Assembly (NCBI GenBank): GCA_038087875.1
Contig: JAXLNO010005352.1
Location: 62,001 to 126,000 of the forward strand
DNA length: 64,000 nucleotides
Source of the DNA: Malacoraja senta
Taxonomy: Eukaryota
Reading direction: 5' to 3'
Shown: positions 11,401-23,382 of the stretch, piece by piece
Layout: the number at the start of each line of letters is the position of its first letter
Numbering within the stretch: the first letter of the stretch is position 1
Notes under the pieces: generated by a model
Seen by the model: only the letters and a program-made list of their open reading frames with translations
Databases searched by the model: none
What the model was told of the DNA's origin: nothing
Made by a program: the position numbers and the translations under genes

Positions 11401-13284
11401 CGTTTTGCATTGTAGCTCTTCCAAGGCAGCAACTGGTTGAACCCAGGCTGACTTCCAGCTGCTGCACACGGTGAAGGCCTTATGCTTAATGAAATGAAGA
11501 AAGAGGCATGCAAGATTGCTCAATGTGTCACAATGTGGACAGTTTCGTCAGCATTCCTTCATGGTTGCAACAAGTCTCAGACATTTTACTACCGTATGAA
11601 ATCATTGTCTTTACACAAATCATTTTGTTTTTAAATGAAGCTAAATACAGTTGGTAACTCACTTAAATTGAATAAATCCCCCGTAAAAAGGAGCTGAATA
11701 AGATGCTGATGGCTACACGTGTGCATTCATTCATGTCTTTCCAAATTGGCTTCCATGGCAATGACCTATCACAGCAGGACCTCGGCTTATTGTTATGGAA
11801 ATCATTCTTAGCCAATCAGAAAATTATTATCCCAGCTCAATGAGTTACCATGTCCCCCTGTCCTCTCACACAATGCAGACTTATAAAGCAAATGTGTGAG
11901 GATGGAATTATTGTTCAGCTGGCTCCAAACAGAAACATCAGAAACACACAAATGGCAACAAGCTGGGCCAGTGCAGCAACTGAAAACATTCAGATGAAAA
12001 ACCCAATAACCTACTGGAATTATCACAGCAACACAAAGCAAACTGCGAACTGAACTGGTGATCCGACAAGAGCGGACTTATCTTCCACAGGGAGGGAATT
12101 TCCAGTGCTTGGCTGAAAGAAGTCACAGCCTTGTCCCCATTCAAACTCTCCCCACATTAAATTACTGACCCAGCGTGACAGGCACATATGTGGAGCAACG
12201 CTCCTGCTCTCATCCTTGTTTTGTTTGAAGGAATCTGCACTGCACAATGAGCAGCCGTCTCCATGCCTGACCTGTCAACACTAATTATCTGCTTAGCTTA
12301 CTTTGACTTTTATTCACCCTCATCTAACTCTGCCGACCTGTTTGTTCCTTCCTTTCCTCCCCCCCCCCCCCCCCCCCAACTTTTATTAATTTCTTCCATT
12401 TAAGTTCTAATTCAAACAACGGTGGTTTTTACTGGAACCATTTACAGCATTCTGCAGGAGCTATTGTACAGCATTTGGTAAGAAGGATTGACCTGGATGT
12501 TTCATCAAGTAACATGCTTATGACGTTAAAGAGGGACTGACTGCATTCATGATAAAGTCTGTGCTCTTCCTGCCAGCTCATCTGACCTGTTAATTACCCC
12601 CCGAACAGATCACAAGCCAAAGAGTCTGGAACTGGGGACTTGCCCTGGGGATGTTCTCCCAATTAAATTTATACCTTGTGATGGCTCTCCCTCCAGCCAC
12701 CACCCCCCCCCCTCCCCTCTCTTAGTGTTAACCGCCACATTTTCAATCTGATCAGGGCCTCCCACCACCCATCCTTCAACTGCTTGACCTGCTAACGTCT
12801 GCTAACCTTTTCTAAAATTCTATAGTATACGAGGTCAAAGTGGTGCTCTATAATTTCCATTGTGAGTCTGGGTTGGGGGTGGGAGATGAGTTAAGGAATA
12901 GGGCAGCGATTTTACATATGATAATGTTAGGGAAGGCAAAGTATAAAATGATACGTTTCTACTTAATGCTTCCAGTTAATGTGGAGAACGTAATGTTGGA
13001 GGTGGGGTACTGTTCAGCAAAAATGTTTGCGAATCTCTCCTCTATAAAATAGGCTTTGCTCATGAAAATGCAATTGCAGAGTCCTCGAGGGGAAGTTAGG
13101 TCACAGCTCGCAGGTGAAGGGTCAGGGGTTAGGGGCCCAAAATGGGTGAGTTAGGTCAGAGTGATAGATGGAGGGAGTAGGGTTCAGAACAGCAGGGTCA
13201 TGCAGCAACATTGGGAGGGGTCCTGTTCTCATTTGGGTATTGGAAAGCTTGGATGTGGAGCAGTTAATTACATGCGATTCAAGG

Positions 13285-13690
13285 TGAGCTAGCTAATTGG
13301 ATCCAAAATGGGCTTGGTAACAGGAAACAGGTAGTGATAGAAGGATTGGAAATATGTGACTTGTGATGGACTACAGTGATTAGTGTTGGGATCTTTGCTG
13401 TTTTGTGACAACATAGATAAGACGATGAAGATGACATATGGCATGCTTGCCTTCATAGATCGAGGCATAGAATATAAGAGTTGGAACATCAAGGTGCAAC
13501 TTTACAAAACACTTGTTAGACTATATGGAGTACTGCATGCAGTTCTGATCACCACTGATGTGATAGTGCTGGAGAGTGCAGTGGAGATTCATCAGGATGA
13601 CTGGATTGGAAGATTTTAGTCATGGGAGAGATTGGATGAGCTGGGCTTTTTTTCTTGGACTGAAACAGGCTGAGGGGGCTGTTAGTGATA
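13285..13690 (+). mobile_element. Old CR1 ORF2 fragment
   Basis: YGMLAFIDRGIEYKSWNIKVQLYKTLVR. Confidence 0.75.
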
Positions 13691-16600
13691 GTGGAACATA
13701 GATATATTTACGAGAGGCACTCCTCTCCGGACTATGAATCAAAAGGATGGAAATGCAAATATAGAACTGGCAGTAGTGGGTTAGCGGGAAGAGAAATAGA
13801 GCATCACATATTGGAAGGTCTCATAACTTTGCCCATGGTGTTAGCCCCAGTTATATACATGGAGGTGTTCCTGGTCTAGCTATTAAAAAAGTAAATTATT
13901 AGTAAATTTAAAAGCAAGAAGCAATCTGAAGTTGCTGGAGATCAGGCAGTATCTGCAAAGTAGGAAAACATTAATGCTGATAACCTGAAACATTAATTGT
14001 GACCTTTCAAAACTCGTGGAAGATCATCTTGTTGATGCATTAACTGTTTGCACCTCCTCAAGTGCTGCCTGACATGATTAGTATCCCCAGCATTTCCAGT
14101 TATTTGCTGACAAGTATAAGGTTTCACTCTCCACAGCCAACAAAAATAGTGTAAGCATGCCCGAGGCAGAAGATTAAAAATGAATGAAGGCAATTTGCCA
14201 AAAAGATTGGTTCAGCTTTTGTGAATGAATTAGTGTTCAAGCCATAGAAACAGGGCACACCAGAAAGATTTTGTGCATATGTGATTGCAAGAAGCAGTGA
14301 CGGCCACTAATATTTTCATTTCTTTATATCTTGCGTAAAGGTCCAGGTCCAAAACGAAACTGATTTGGCTGTTGCTCATTTCAAGTACCTGTTCAGGTCC
14401 TTTCACAGACTCAACCCTTCAATGAGTACTGAGTGTGTATACCATGCATATGGTTTCATTCAAGTGATGCCCAGGCAAAGTGCATCCAGGAACCAAAGCC
14501 AATCTAGTCCTAGAAAGACTGTGCCTTTTGTGAGATTCATTCACTTTAACCACAGTCAAAAACCTCAGGCTCCATTTCTGAGCATCTTCTGGAAAGGATT
14601 TTGCACTCTGTTACTCCAGCTTTACAGAACTTCATTTCAGAGATGTCTTCAGTTACCTCAACTGTTTCACAACTATCTGATCACTGTCTAGACTAGAACA
14701 TAATCCTTATATCGAGAGGAACAGTTTCCTCAGCTGTCTTCAGCTGTCCACTTGCACAGAGTGAAGGACCTTGATGAATAGGTAAACTAGCACCTTAGTT
14801 ACTCACGCATACATTGTCTCAAAGCAGGTTTTAAATAGCTGCATGATGCTATTATATCGGCCTGAATTTTGCAACACCATTTTCAGTGCTCGCCATTACC
14901 AACAGACAATAGACCAAACAGTCTGGCATCATGTGCACTGGGAAACTATGGATAGCCTACACAGGAATAAATACTCCGATATCGCTCCCCCTACACCACG
15001 TATCCACAGGAAACAGTGGATACCTTGCTCTTCCCAGCCTAGAGAACCCAAAGCGTGCGAAATTGGAAATTTACACAATAGAAGCTTAATAAACATGAAA
15101 GAAAACAACAGCCCACTCACATGCAAGTGAATTTTGAATGATGTTGTCTCATTTATGGTCAAATCATTCTGAAGGCCCTGAAAGGTGACTATCACAAGTG
15201 TGGTTATCTGTTATTGGAGATTATTCTGCCATAACCTATCATTCGTTCTATCATTTTGTGTTCTGTATGTGATCGAGGTCGATGTTGAGATGTTTAACCA
15301 AGGCTCTTCTACAAAATGAGTAGTTAAAGAGATGGGCTGTTGCTTGGACTGACCAGGGAGACAATAGATCCTCCTTCCAACATGATGAGGAAAAAGATTT
15401 ATAATAAATGAAAGCCTGTCAATAAGTGTAATGAACTCTAAGTACAATTCATTTGCTGCTGAATGCATGCATTCATTCATTTATAGAGTAATATCCATTA
15501 AACCAATACGGTGTGATTTTAGCTTAGAGTGGAATTATATTAGGGAATCTGGTTATCTTTAAAAAAAAAGATTAGAATGCACTCAGATGGGAGAAAGAAT
15601 TGTTGAATGATGTGGAACTCAGCAAGAAGCCCTGTGTCAGGGAAGGTCAGAAGTACAGATTCTGAGCTTCTTAGACCACCCAGTGAAATTGCTAAGTATG
15701 TTAATGGAACATAATAAACTGCAACTTAATGTGAAAGTTAAGTCCAAGCTGATAAGAACCCATAGGTTTACATTTAACTGAAATGGACAATTAAAAAAAA
15801 TCACTTAGGCAGACCTTCCAACTTATTGAAAGGGACTCCCAATCATAGGTTGATGTAATGGACAATGCAAACCCTCAGTCCATTTCTTTACATTCATTTA
15901 CAACCTCACTGAGCTTAAGGGACCCACATCACTCCTGACTACAACCTTCTTTCTAATACAAATGATGCAGGTTGTTTTTATTTTGATACGTCTTATATGA
16001 GTGCTTATACAAACCCTTATGGTACTTCCTACTTTCTGTTTTGCATCTGCGAAGTCATACTTTTCATGTTGAATTTATGCTTTCAGTTCATTTGACCATC
16101 AAAGTCCATGTGTTTATAGTAAGATTACTTATTTGGGTCACACAAACTAACCTGCCCTGCTTCTGAAACATTTCATTCACACATCTTATTTATATTTTCT
16201 GGTTTAATCATTTCTCGTCGTTCAACTTTCCCTTTACCTGCGGCACACTCTCTTTTCTCTCTCCCTGTGTTTATTTTGGAACTATTATTATTATTCCACC
16301 TTGTTGGCTTTGCGAGTTTAAAGTTCATCCATTTTGCCAGGCGGAGCCTGTCCCGAGGACAAAATTCCGGACTGTTCCAGAACTTCCAACTGGGAAAAAC
16401 AGGCAGTAGTATTTTGTTTTTAAATATATATTTTTTAAAACACTCATCTGGAGATACAGACACAAGCAGAACGAATCACATCCAAAAGGAGTTTAAATAT
16501 CTTTAAGGAATTATCATGAAGATGTTTCCCCCATTCATTAAATGTGCCACGATAATGCATTTTATGGAAAACTTTATTTAAACTGTGCAATCATTCAAAA

Positions 16601-18452
16601 TGCAGACTATTTTACAACAGTTTTAAAACATTTTGGCTTTTTAGACTAGTTATATTTTTGGCATGAGTCAGCAAAATTACAGATCAGGCACCTGAGCTCT
16701 CGGCAGCATTCACTGCAATGCTGTTATAACATAGGAACACACAGTTTCTCAGTAAAAGTAGTTAAAGACATAAATGAGGTACATTCACAAATCAAGGCAA
16801 GCGTTTATACTCCTGCAGCACTGGACAGAAAGTGAAGCTGATCCCCTGAGACAAATAAAATTTGATATAATGCAGATTCACTGTCCAGAGCCGGGATCAC
16901 AAACACTGCCTTTACAAGATCATTGGCAATTGAAGATAGAAGGCTCAGAACACCTGAGATATATTGGACTGCACCCTCCACTTCTTCCCTTTAGTTCACA
17001 TCTTATCAATATGCTCTAAATCAAAAAAAAACTAACACATTAATCATTCTCATCACAAATGAATAAAACACAGTAACCAAATAAAAGCAGTTTACAATGA
17101 CTTTTCTCCCACCCTTCCTAACTGTTATAATGAGTGGTCACGTGACATACTTCAGTACCTCCAAGGTGCAAGCAGCAAATGTCACGTAGATACCCGTTAC
17201 TCCAGCAACACAAATTTTAAACATAATTAAAATGAAAATACAATTTCAGACAGTTTAACACATAATTCCAGATTAATGTGCATCAACAAATACTTAACTT
17301 AAAAACGAGGTAGTAGTTTTAGTTATATTTCAATTAACATCTCCAATCTCAAAACCGCCATCAATTGGCCAGCATATTTTCCAGACTTTGCCTTTACTGG
17401 TCTTAAAAGGCACTCTACCATTCAAAACTGTGCTTACATTTCCAAATACATTGATGTTATCAGGCACCAATAATAATCAGGCCCTCCTAATAAATTTAAA
17501 ATGTAGTCACTTTAATTAATGTAATTACAAAATTTGATTTGCTGGAAATCAATGACGAGTTTCCTTAGCAACAGCAAGTGAGGTCCTTCATAAATATCTT
17601 GCTGTACTCTCTAATGATGTAGTGTAAACACCAGTTTCAACCTACATCATATCTGAAGCAGAATTGAAAAGCGTGGAAAAAATGCTGGTGAATCTACAAC
17701 AGTTCCCATGCTTGAAGTACTGTACATTACATGGCAGAAGGTATTTTATAAAGATATATTTTCACTGTTTTTTGTTGCAGGGTACTACGGAAGTGACGAT
17801 GATATCAAACAGATTTTAAATATCTGGATTTCCATTATTCACCTGATTCATGTCCTGGACGGGGAATGTGTCTTAGCCAGCTAGTACACAAAGCTGGACA
17901 GTTACAAGGTGAACAGGGGATGGGGTGGTGTTCAATATTTTACAGTTGCCTTTGTCAAAGGAAAATTTAAATGATTACTGATGCTCCCCGCAGCACAAGG
18001 TGGAACATGTGCTCTAAGTGGGTGCAACTCTGTAAAATTTGGCTTTATGAACACACATTTTCAAACTTTTCAATAGCTCAAATTGAACACCAGACTGCCC
18101 AGAGTAGGAAGATGAACAGTAAGAGAGTAACAGTTGCACAAGTGTCACCATAATTGAACCTCAGCAACTGCTACCTCAATACTGTGGGAATGAGGAGATA
18201 GGACAATAAACAGCGTTTTAAACACACAATAAGAAAAGTCCATAATGATTACTATTCTATGACATGGTGTACAGTATTTCAAAATGACTGCTGTCTAGCA
18301 GTAAGATGCCAATTTTGATTTGGAATGTTAACCATCATCATTTGTTGCTGCATCAAAATAAGCAAGTCATTAAAACAACATTTAAAAGACACATTCCAGG
18401 AGCGAAGAACTAAACTCCTGTTGTTGATACACAAAGGTGAACAAAAAATAAA

Positions 18453-18487
18453 TCTTTGGTTTTCACGGACGGCTGATCTAGCTGTAT
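18453..18487 (-). promoter_or_regulatory. miR-9-5p site: 8mer seed plus 12-nt perfect 3' pairing
   Basis: Plus strand reads TCTTTGGTT-ttcacggacggctg-ATCTAGCTGTAT, i.e. miR-9-5p nt 1-9 and nt 10-21. Confidence 0.75.
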
Positions 18488-19872
18488 TTGAAAACAAAAT
18501 ATTAATACTGAATTTATTGGTTTTTAAAAATCTTTAGTTGTGCTCCTCTGCTCCCTGAAATTTGTCAAGGCATGAGACTGAACACTTTTATTGCTCAATA
18601 TTGATTACATAATTTAAAGCTATTACAAGTCCCTTTTCCCCCCACATACTCCAGAGCTGTTGTGGCGTTTGATTTACTTGTTAGGAAAGTAATGCAAACC
18701 ATGTAACTGTGAGCCACAAAAATATGCAGTTTTCTTTGGAGAAGGGCTCAGGCAATCACGTGATAGCAATTCAACTGAATTCTTAAAGGGAACGCACAGG
18801 CAACTGGAGTATTTTACTTATGTTTGTGTAGAAAAATCTGATATTTCAAAAATATTAGAATTTATTTTCATCACGAAAAGATGTCATTTGCCCATTTAAA
18901 AATAGCAAATAACGAATGATGTTTTATGATTAGTTGGATGAAGAGAATCCTCTTATAATCAATAATATGAAACAATTATTGCAATTTGGAGAAGAATGTA
19001 CTTTTACAAAATTACATCTTGTTGCACAAGAGAATTCTCTACATTTCATTCATCGACTCTACTGCAGGTTTTATGAAAAGTGACACAGTTCAGACCTGGA
19101 ATTCAGATACTACATAGATACAGTGCCCCGTCAACATTAAATCTTTGGATATAGTTGCTTATCATTTACCTTTGTATACCGCCTTTACCAACAACACAAT
19201 GGGATGACACTAATCTGAAAGACAAGTGCTAAACTGACTATAAAACTGATCTACACTATAAAGAGCAGAGTGCAGCTAACCAGAAGTCGTACTCAGTAGT
19301 TAGTATTAAGGATCTTTCATTGAGCCGATATTAGAACAGCATTCACACATTAAAATCTTTGGGATTTGGATAAGACAAAGAATTGGCTTAAGTATTTTTG
19401 GACAATAAATCATTGTATATCTATTTACTATAATTCAATTTGTTTCCAGTTAGAGATTGGGTTTTAATAGCATTTGGACGTTATCACATCAATATAGCTC
19501 ATTCCCTAAATTAGGTTTCCAATTATTCTAGTGTAATATGGTATTAGAAAATCAATTCCAATTCGAGACACATACAAGTCACTACTTCTGATTGATTAGA
19601 AACTATTATAAAATTAAGAAATTCAACAGTTAAATGGCCCAAAAAATCCTAGTAAAAAGTTATGTACATTTTCTTTGGTAAGCATATTTTAAAGTAGTTT
19701 TGATATATCGGCATCGCAGAGGTGTGAACATTTACTGGCACACAATTCTAGTGATCTGTTCTAACTCTTAAAAGCTACACAGTAACTATTTTAAAAGCAA
19801 TAATTCAAACAAGATACCCTGTCAGTACACCACACACTTGTGTGCAGCAGTTCAAACGTAACAAATATTTGA

Positions 19873-19880
19873 TCCCTGAG
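19873..19880 (-). promoter_or_regulatory. miR-125 8mer site
   Basis: Plus TCCCTGAG = mRNA CUCAGGGA; about 40 nt from a let-7 7mer-m8 at 19918-19924. Confidence 0.65.
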
Positions 19881-20682
19881 GTTAGATAAAGAATAACACT
19901 AAAATAGGTTTTATAAAGAGGTAGTATCAAACAGGAGGTGCAAGGCTAGAGCACATGAGAGTAGCAGCTTCTATTCCCTCAACATTTTTGGTAACATGAA
20001 GCTCCATTTTGTAATGCAAGCAATTCTAAAAACAAATACAAATGGTGCTCTTTGGATTGGAACTCTGAAGGAGTTATTTCATTTAATACCGTTAAGCTGA
20101 AGTTGTTTTATAATCAGAAGGTTTATAAAAATTGTGGTGGAGATAGTTATTGAATATCCAAGCACAGTTATATTATTTAAAGTAACTCTACATCCCTTTC
20201 AACTCGATAAAAACATTATATTCCTATTATTTTGAACATGAATTCCTTGAATAGTTTAGTTAGACTTAAAACTCTGCAGGACCTTTTTATTCCAGGACTC
20301 AATTTAATTAAATCAATTAAGTGTGACATTACATAATTTTTCATTTTGCAGTTTGTTAAATGAAGGCATTTGATGAGTTCTGGGGGGGACTAGAGGGGTT
20401 TTATGTCAAATAGTTTAAAAAAAAAAAAACATACTGTTAATTAACTTAAAAGATGACAATGAAGAATTTATTGACATGGAACTGCCTATAATTAAATGTA
20501 TTTAGTCTACCGTGATAGGTGTGGATTTTTAGTGGAGGTTTTTTGGTTATGGCTAGCCAATACCACACACTTCAAAGCTGCAGGGAAAAAATTATAGGAG
20601 TCCGCTTACTAATTCGAACATGTCACCAAGTGGCACGGGAAATTCACTTGGAATATTTAACTTTAGATAAAGTTTAATTCAT

Positions 20683-20902
20683 AGGTAAACACAAAATCCT
20701 GGAGAAACTCAGCAGGACAGGCAGCATCTCTGGAGAGAAGGCATGTGTGACATTTTGGGTCGAGAACCCGAGTCTGAAGAAGGGTCTCCACCCGAAACGT
20801 CACCCATTCCTTCTCTCCAGAGATGCTGCCTGTCCTGCTGAGTTACTCCAGCATTTTGTGTCTACCTTTGATTTAAAACCAGCATCTGCAGTTCCTTCCT
20901 AC
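20683..20902. mobile_element. Fold-back Penelope-derived element inside the putative PRTG 3' UTR
   Basis: Inverted arms at about 20683-20769 and 20782-20867; intact hammerhead core on plus at 20774-20801. Confidence 0.8.
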
Positions 20903-21893
20903 AAAGTTAACTTCATCTTTAGTTTGAACATTCTCATCAAGTTGAACTTTCCTCGGAGTCCTGCACTTACAGATAATAAACTCACTATACACTCCACAAG
21001 GTTTCCCTTTGAAAAAAGTGAACGCAGCAAACCAGAATGCTCAAGCACCATCCCACTGGATACAATTCTTGTTTGAAATGGACCAGTCACATAGTGTCCG
21101 AAGCATCTGTTAGAATGCATGAAATCAGAACTGAACCGGCGCAGCACAAGGCTGTGATAGGGGTCAACGCAGGAGGCATGTTTTCCCTAATTTCTGCATC
21201 TGCATTGTATTTTCCAGTTTCTAGAACAGGAAGCATCTAGGTAATCATTTCAGTTAACCCTGGCCTGCTTCAATTAGTCTGCTGTGCCTCCCAACAGATA
21301 GTCAATGAAACTGGATGTACTCATAGCTTTTCAGCTTCAGATTCAATGGGAATACATTCACTCTGCCTATAGCGCAGAGTTCAGATATCTTTCAAAATTA
21401 ACATTATGGACAAGCTCAATAAGAACATCAATGAAGCACAAAACTTCAACAGGCACCTCATTCAATCCAAAGCACTGCTTCTTTTCTCTAATCAAACCAG
21501 CTCTACAATTTTCCCTCAACAGCTTCATGTAAATGCACATTATAAATGTAGAAGCTGTGTAAAGTCATTTAAAATTTCATGGATTGAAATTATGAATTCA
21601 AAACCTTCCAATAACTTGACTGGATATCTTATTTTATATTAACAATATAATCAAGACAACTTCAGCTCAAAGGCACTGTGTATATGGCCCCTTTTCAGAA
21701 TCTCACTTGCTCATGTAAACAGATCTTTAGTCAAACACTCTCATGGCAACATCCTTGCAACCCCTACATCACAGCAGAACAACACCAACAAACATTTTTT
21801 AAATCAAAACAACACATCTCTGTAAGGAAGTATCAACTATTAGGTAATGGAGTCAAATCCTGTTAAATACTGGAGTTTATCATTAGGTAAAAT

Positions 21894-21901
21894 TGAGGTA
21901 G
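21894..21901 (-). promoter_or_regulatory. let-7 8mer site in the proximal PRTG 3' UTR
   Basis: Plus TGAGGTAG = mRNA CUACCUCA, about 280 nt after the stop codon. Confidence 0.75.
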
Positions 21902-22174
21902 ATTTTTTCAGCAGAAAACCTGAAACAGTATTTCTGCTCCAATGATATACCGTTCAAATTAAAATCAAAAGAAATGTAATGGTCCTTTTCACATTTTTTT
22001 GACATAGACATTCATGGTGGGTAAAATAAAAAATATGGAACATTCATAAACCAAGTGTGTAAGAACCTGGAGTGACTAAAAAAATGACCCAGACTTTCTT
22101 TCCAGAGTGTTCTTTGGCTTACTGCACATTTGTCCATTGTACAGATAAATTATTGTGAAACTGGATCTGGTTGC

Positions 22175-22606
22175 TTAAATTGGAAATTGGTTGTTGGTGT
22201 TTTCACTTGTTGGTTTTGAAGACATGTGGCTTGGTCGAGGCAGCGCCAGTAGGTCAGAGGTAGTGGACTGAGAAACAACCAACAGACGTTGATCTTCCTC
22301 GGAGGTAGGCTGGACAGGAATGCTGGCAGTTTCCCCCTGGACAGACGATCCCAAGAAGGCAGGTGGATCACACGTGACAGAAGAAAGGTGCAGCATTTCC
22401 ATCTCCTCCCTGGAATCATGCGAATACCTGCCCGAATCTCCAGTTTCGTGGCTTCCATCACTGTTGTGAGAATATTCAGTATCTCCCATGGTGGTAAACA
22501 CAGCTGGCAATGATGTGGGGGGAATCAGTACCGAGTCTCCTGATTCCTCACGGCTCAGCCCAGTCAGCTGGTAGGGGCTCACGCCAAACTCGTTTCTTCT
22601 CACTGG
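22175..22606 (-). CDS. PRTG: Protogenin last coding exon, through the stop codon
   Basis: ttaacAG|CCAGTG; 143 codons plus TAA; contains the conserved DTEYSHNSDGSHETGDSGRYSHDS motif and ends NNQFPI*. Confidence 0.94.
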   Translation of the reverse strand, partial: PVRRNEFGVSPYQLTGLSREESGDSVLIPPTSLPAVFTTMGDTEYSHNSDGSHETGDSGRYSHDSREEMEMLHLSSVTCDPPAFLGSSVQGETASIPVQPTSEEDQRLLVVSQSTTSDLLALPRPSHMSSKPTSENTNNQFPI

Positions 22607-23271
22607 CTGTTAACAAAAGAATGGTGATTTAGAAACAGTTTCAAATCCCAGACAATGCCCTTGGTTGGAATGAACATTTAACCTTTTTTCCCCACCCATA
22701 GAGAACTCAAAATATTCAAACTATTGTACAATAAACCAAAATACCTCCATTGGAAAACTAGGACCACACTGTTAGGCTTCATCCATAATTATTTAAAAAA
22801 AAAGACATCAGGCAGGCAGCCAATTGAATACATTTTGGCAAGTATGGGTCTAAATGAGGGAAAATAAGTGATTATGAATGGGGAGTAATTAAAGGTATTG
22901 ATGCCATCAATTGATGAGCAAGTGTGACTGACTGTGTAAAACTGCAATTGCAGGATTCATTCATCATGTTGAGTTAATCAGGTCAAGCACTTAAAGTAAC
23001 CAAAAATAAAACTGATTGTAATTGACAAGTCAAATCAAGCCCAACAAATTCCAATTCTATTTCTGGCAGGAATTGCTCTCATTATATACTGTAGCAAGCA
23101 TCAGCTGATGCAAGAAATTGTCAAACAAGCCCATCGCAGTCTATGCAGCCCAACGACTAAAGTCTGAGACTACTTCCATCCTATTAAATCTCACCCCATC
23201 AACAAATCTTACATTATCCTTCAATGCAAATGTATGATCACAACTACTTTAGCACTTGTTCCCAATCGTAC

Positions 23272-23382
23272 CTGCTCCTCCTTGAATGTATTTGTTGATC
23301 TCTTTTTTCTTCCAAACAAAAAGCATTTTTTGGACTTGTCTTTTCTGTGACCAGAGTTGCTAACGATCAGATCAGATCCACC
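23272..23382 (-). CDS. PRTG: Protogenin penultimate exon (basic, NLS-like cluster; not in the supplied ORF track)
   Basis: acaacAG|GGTGG ... GCAG|GTacga; 111 nt, phase 0/0; GGSDLIVSNSGHRKDKSKKCFLFGRKKRSTNTFKEEQ. Confidence 0.92.

Larger units (their letters stand above)
16550..22174 (-). other. PRTG: Putative long 3' UTR of PRTG (distal end uncertain)
   Basis: AT-rich and nearly TE-free. Strand-appropriate miR-9/let-7/miR-125 seed matches run down to 16775. Candidate AATAAA on minus at 16573-16578; others at 18513, 18587, 18861, 20286 and 20467. Confidence 0.55.

Noticed and set aside
11700-12650. Repeat-free block with short ORFs (possible exon or conserved element)
   Set aside because: No protein similarity recognised, and conservation cannot be assessed from one sequence.
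18453-18487. A mir-9 gene on the plus strand
   Set aside because: The mature sequence is split by 14 nt and no miR-9-3p arm or hairpin follows; it fits a target site on the minus-strand mRNA better.
16900-21730. Other seed matches (miR-30 8mers at 17623 and 21714; miR-124 at 17407 and 21670; miR-182 at 16923)
   Set aside because: One or two hits each in about 5.6 kb of AT-rich sequence is near chance without conservation data.
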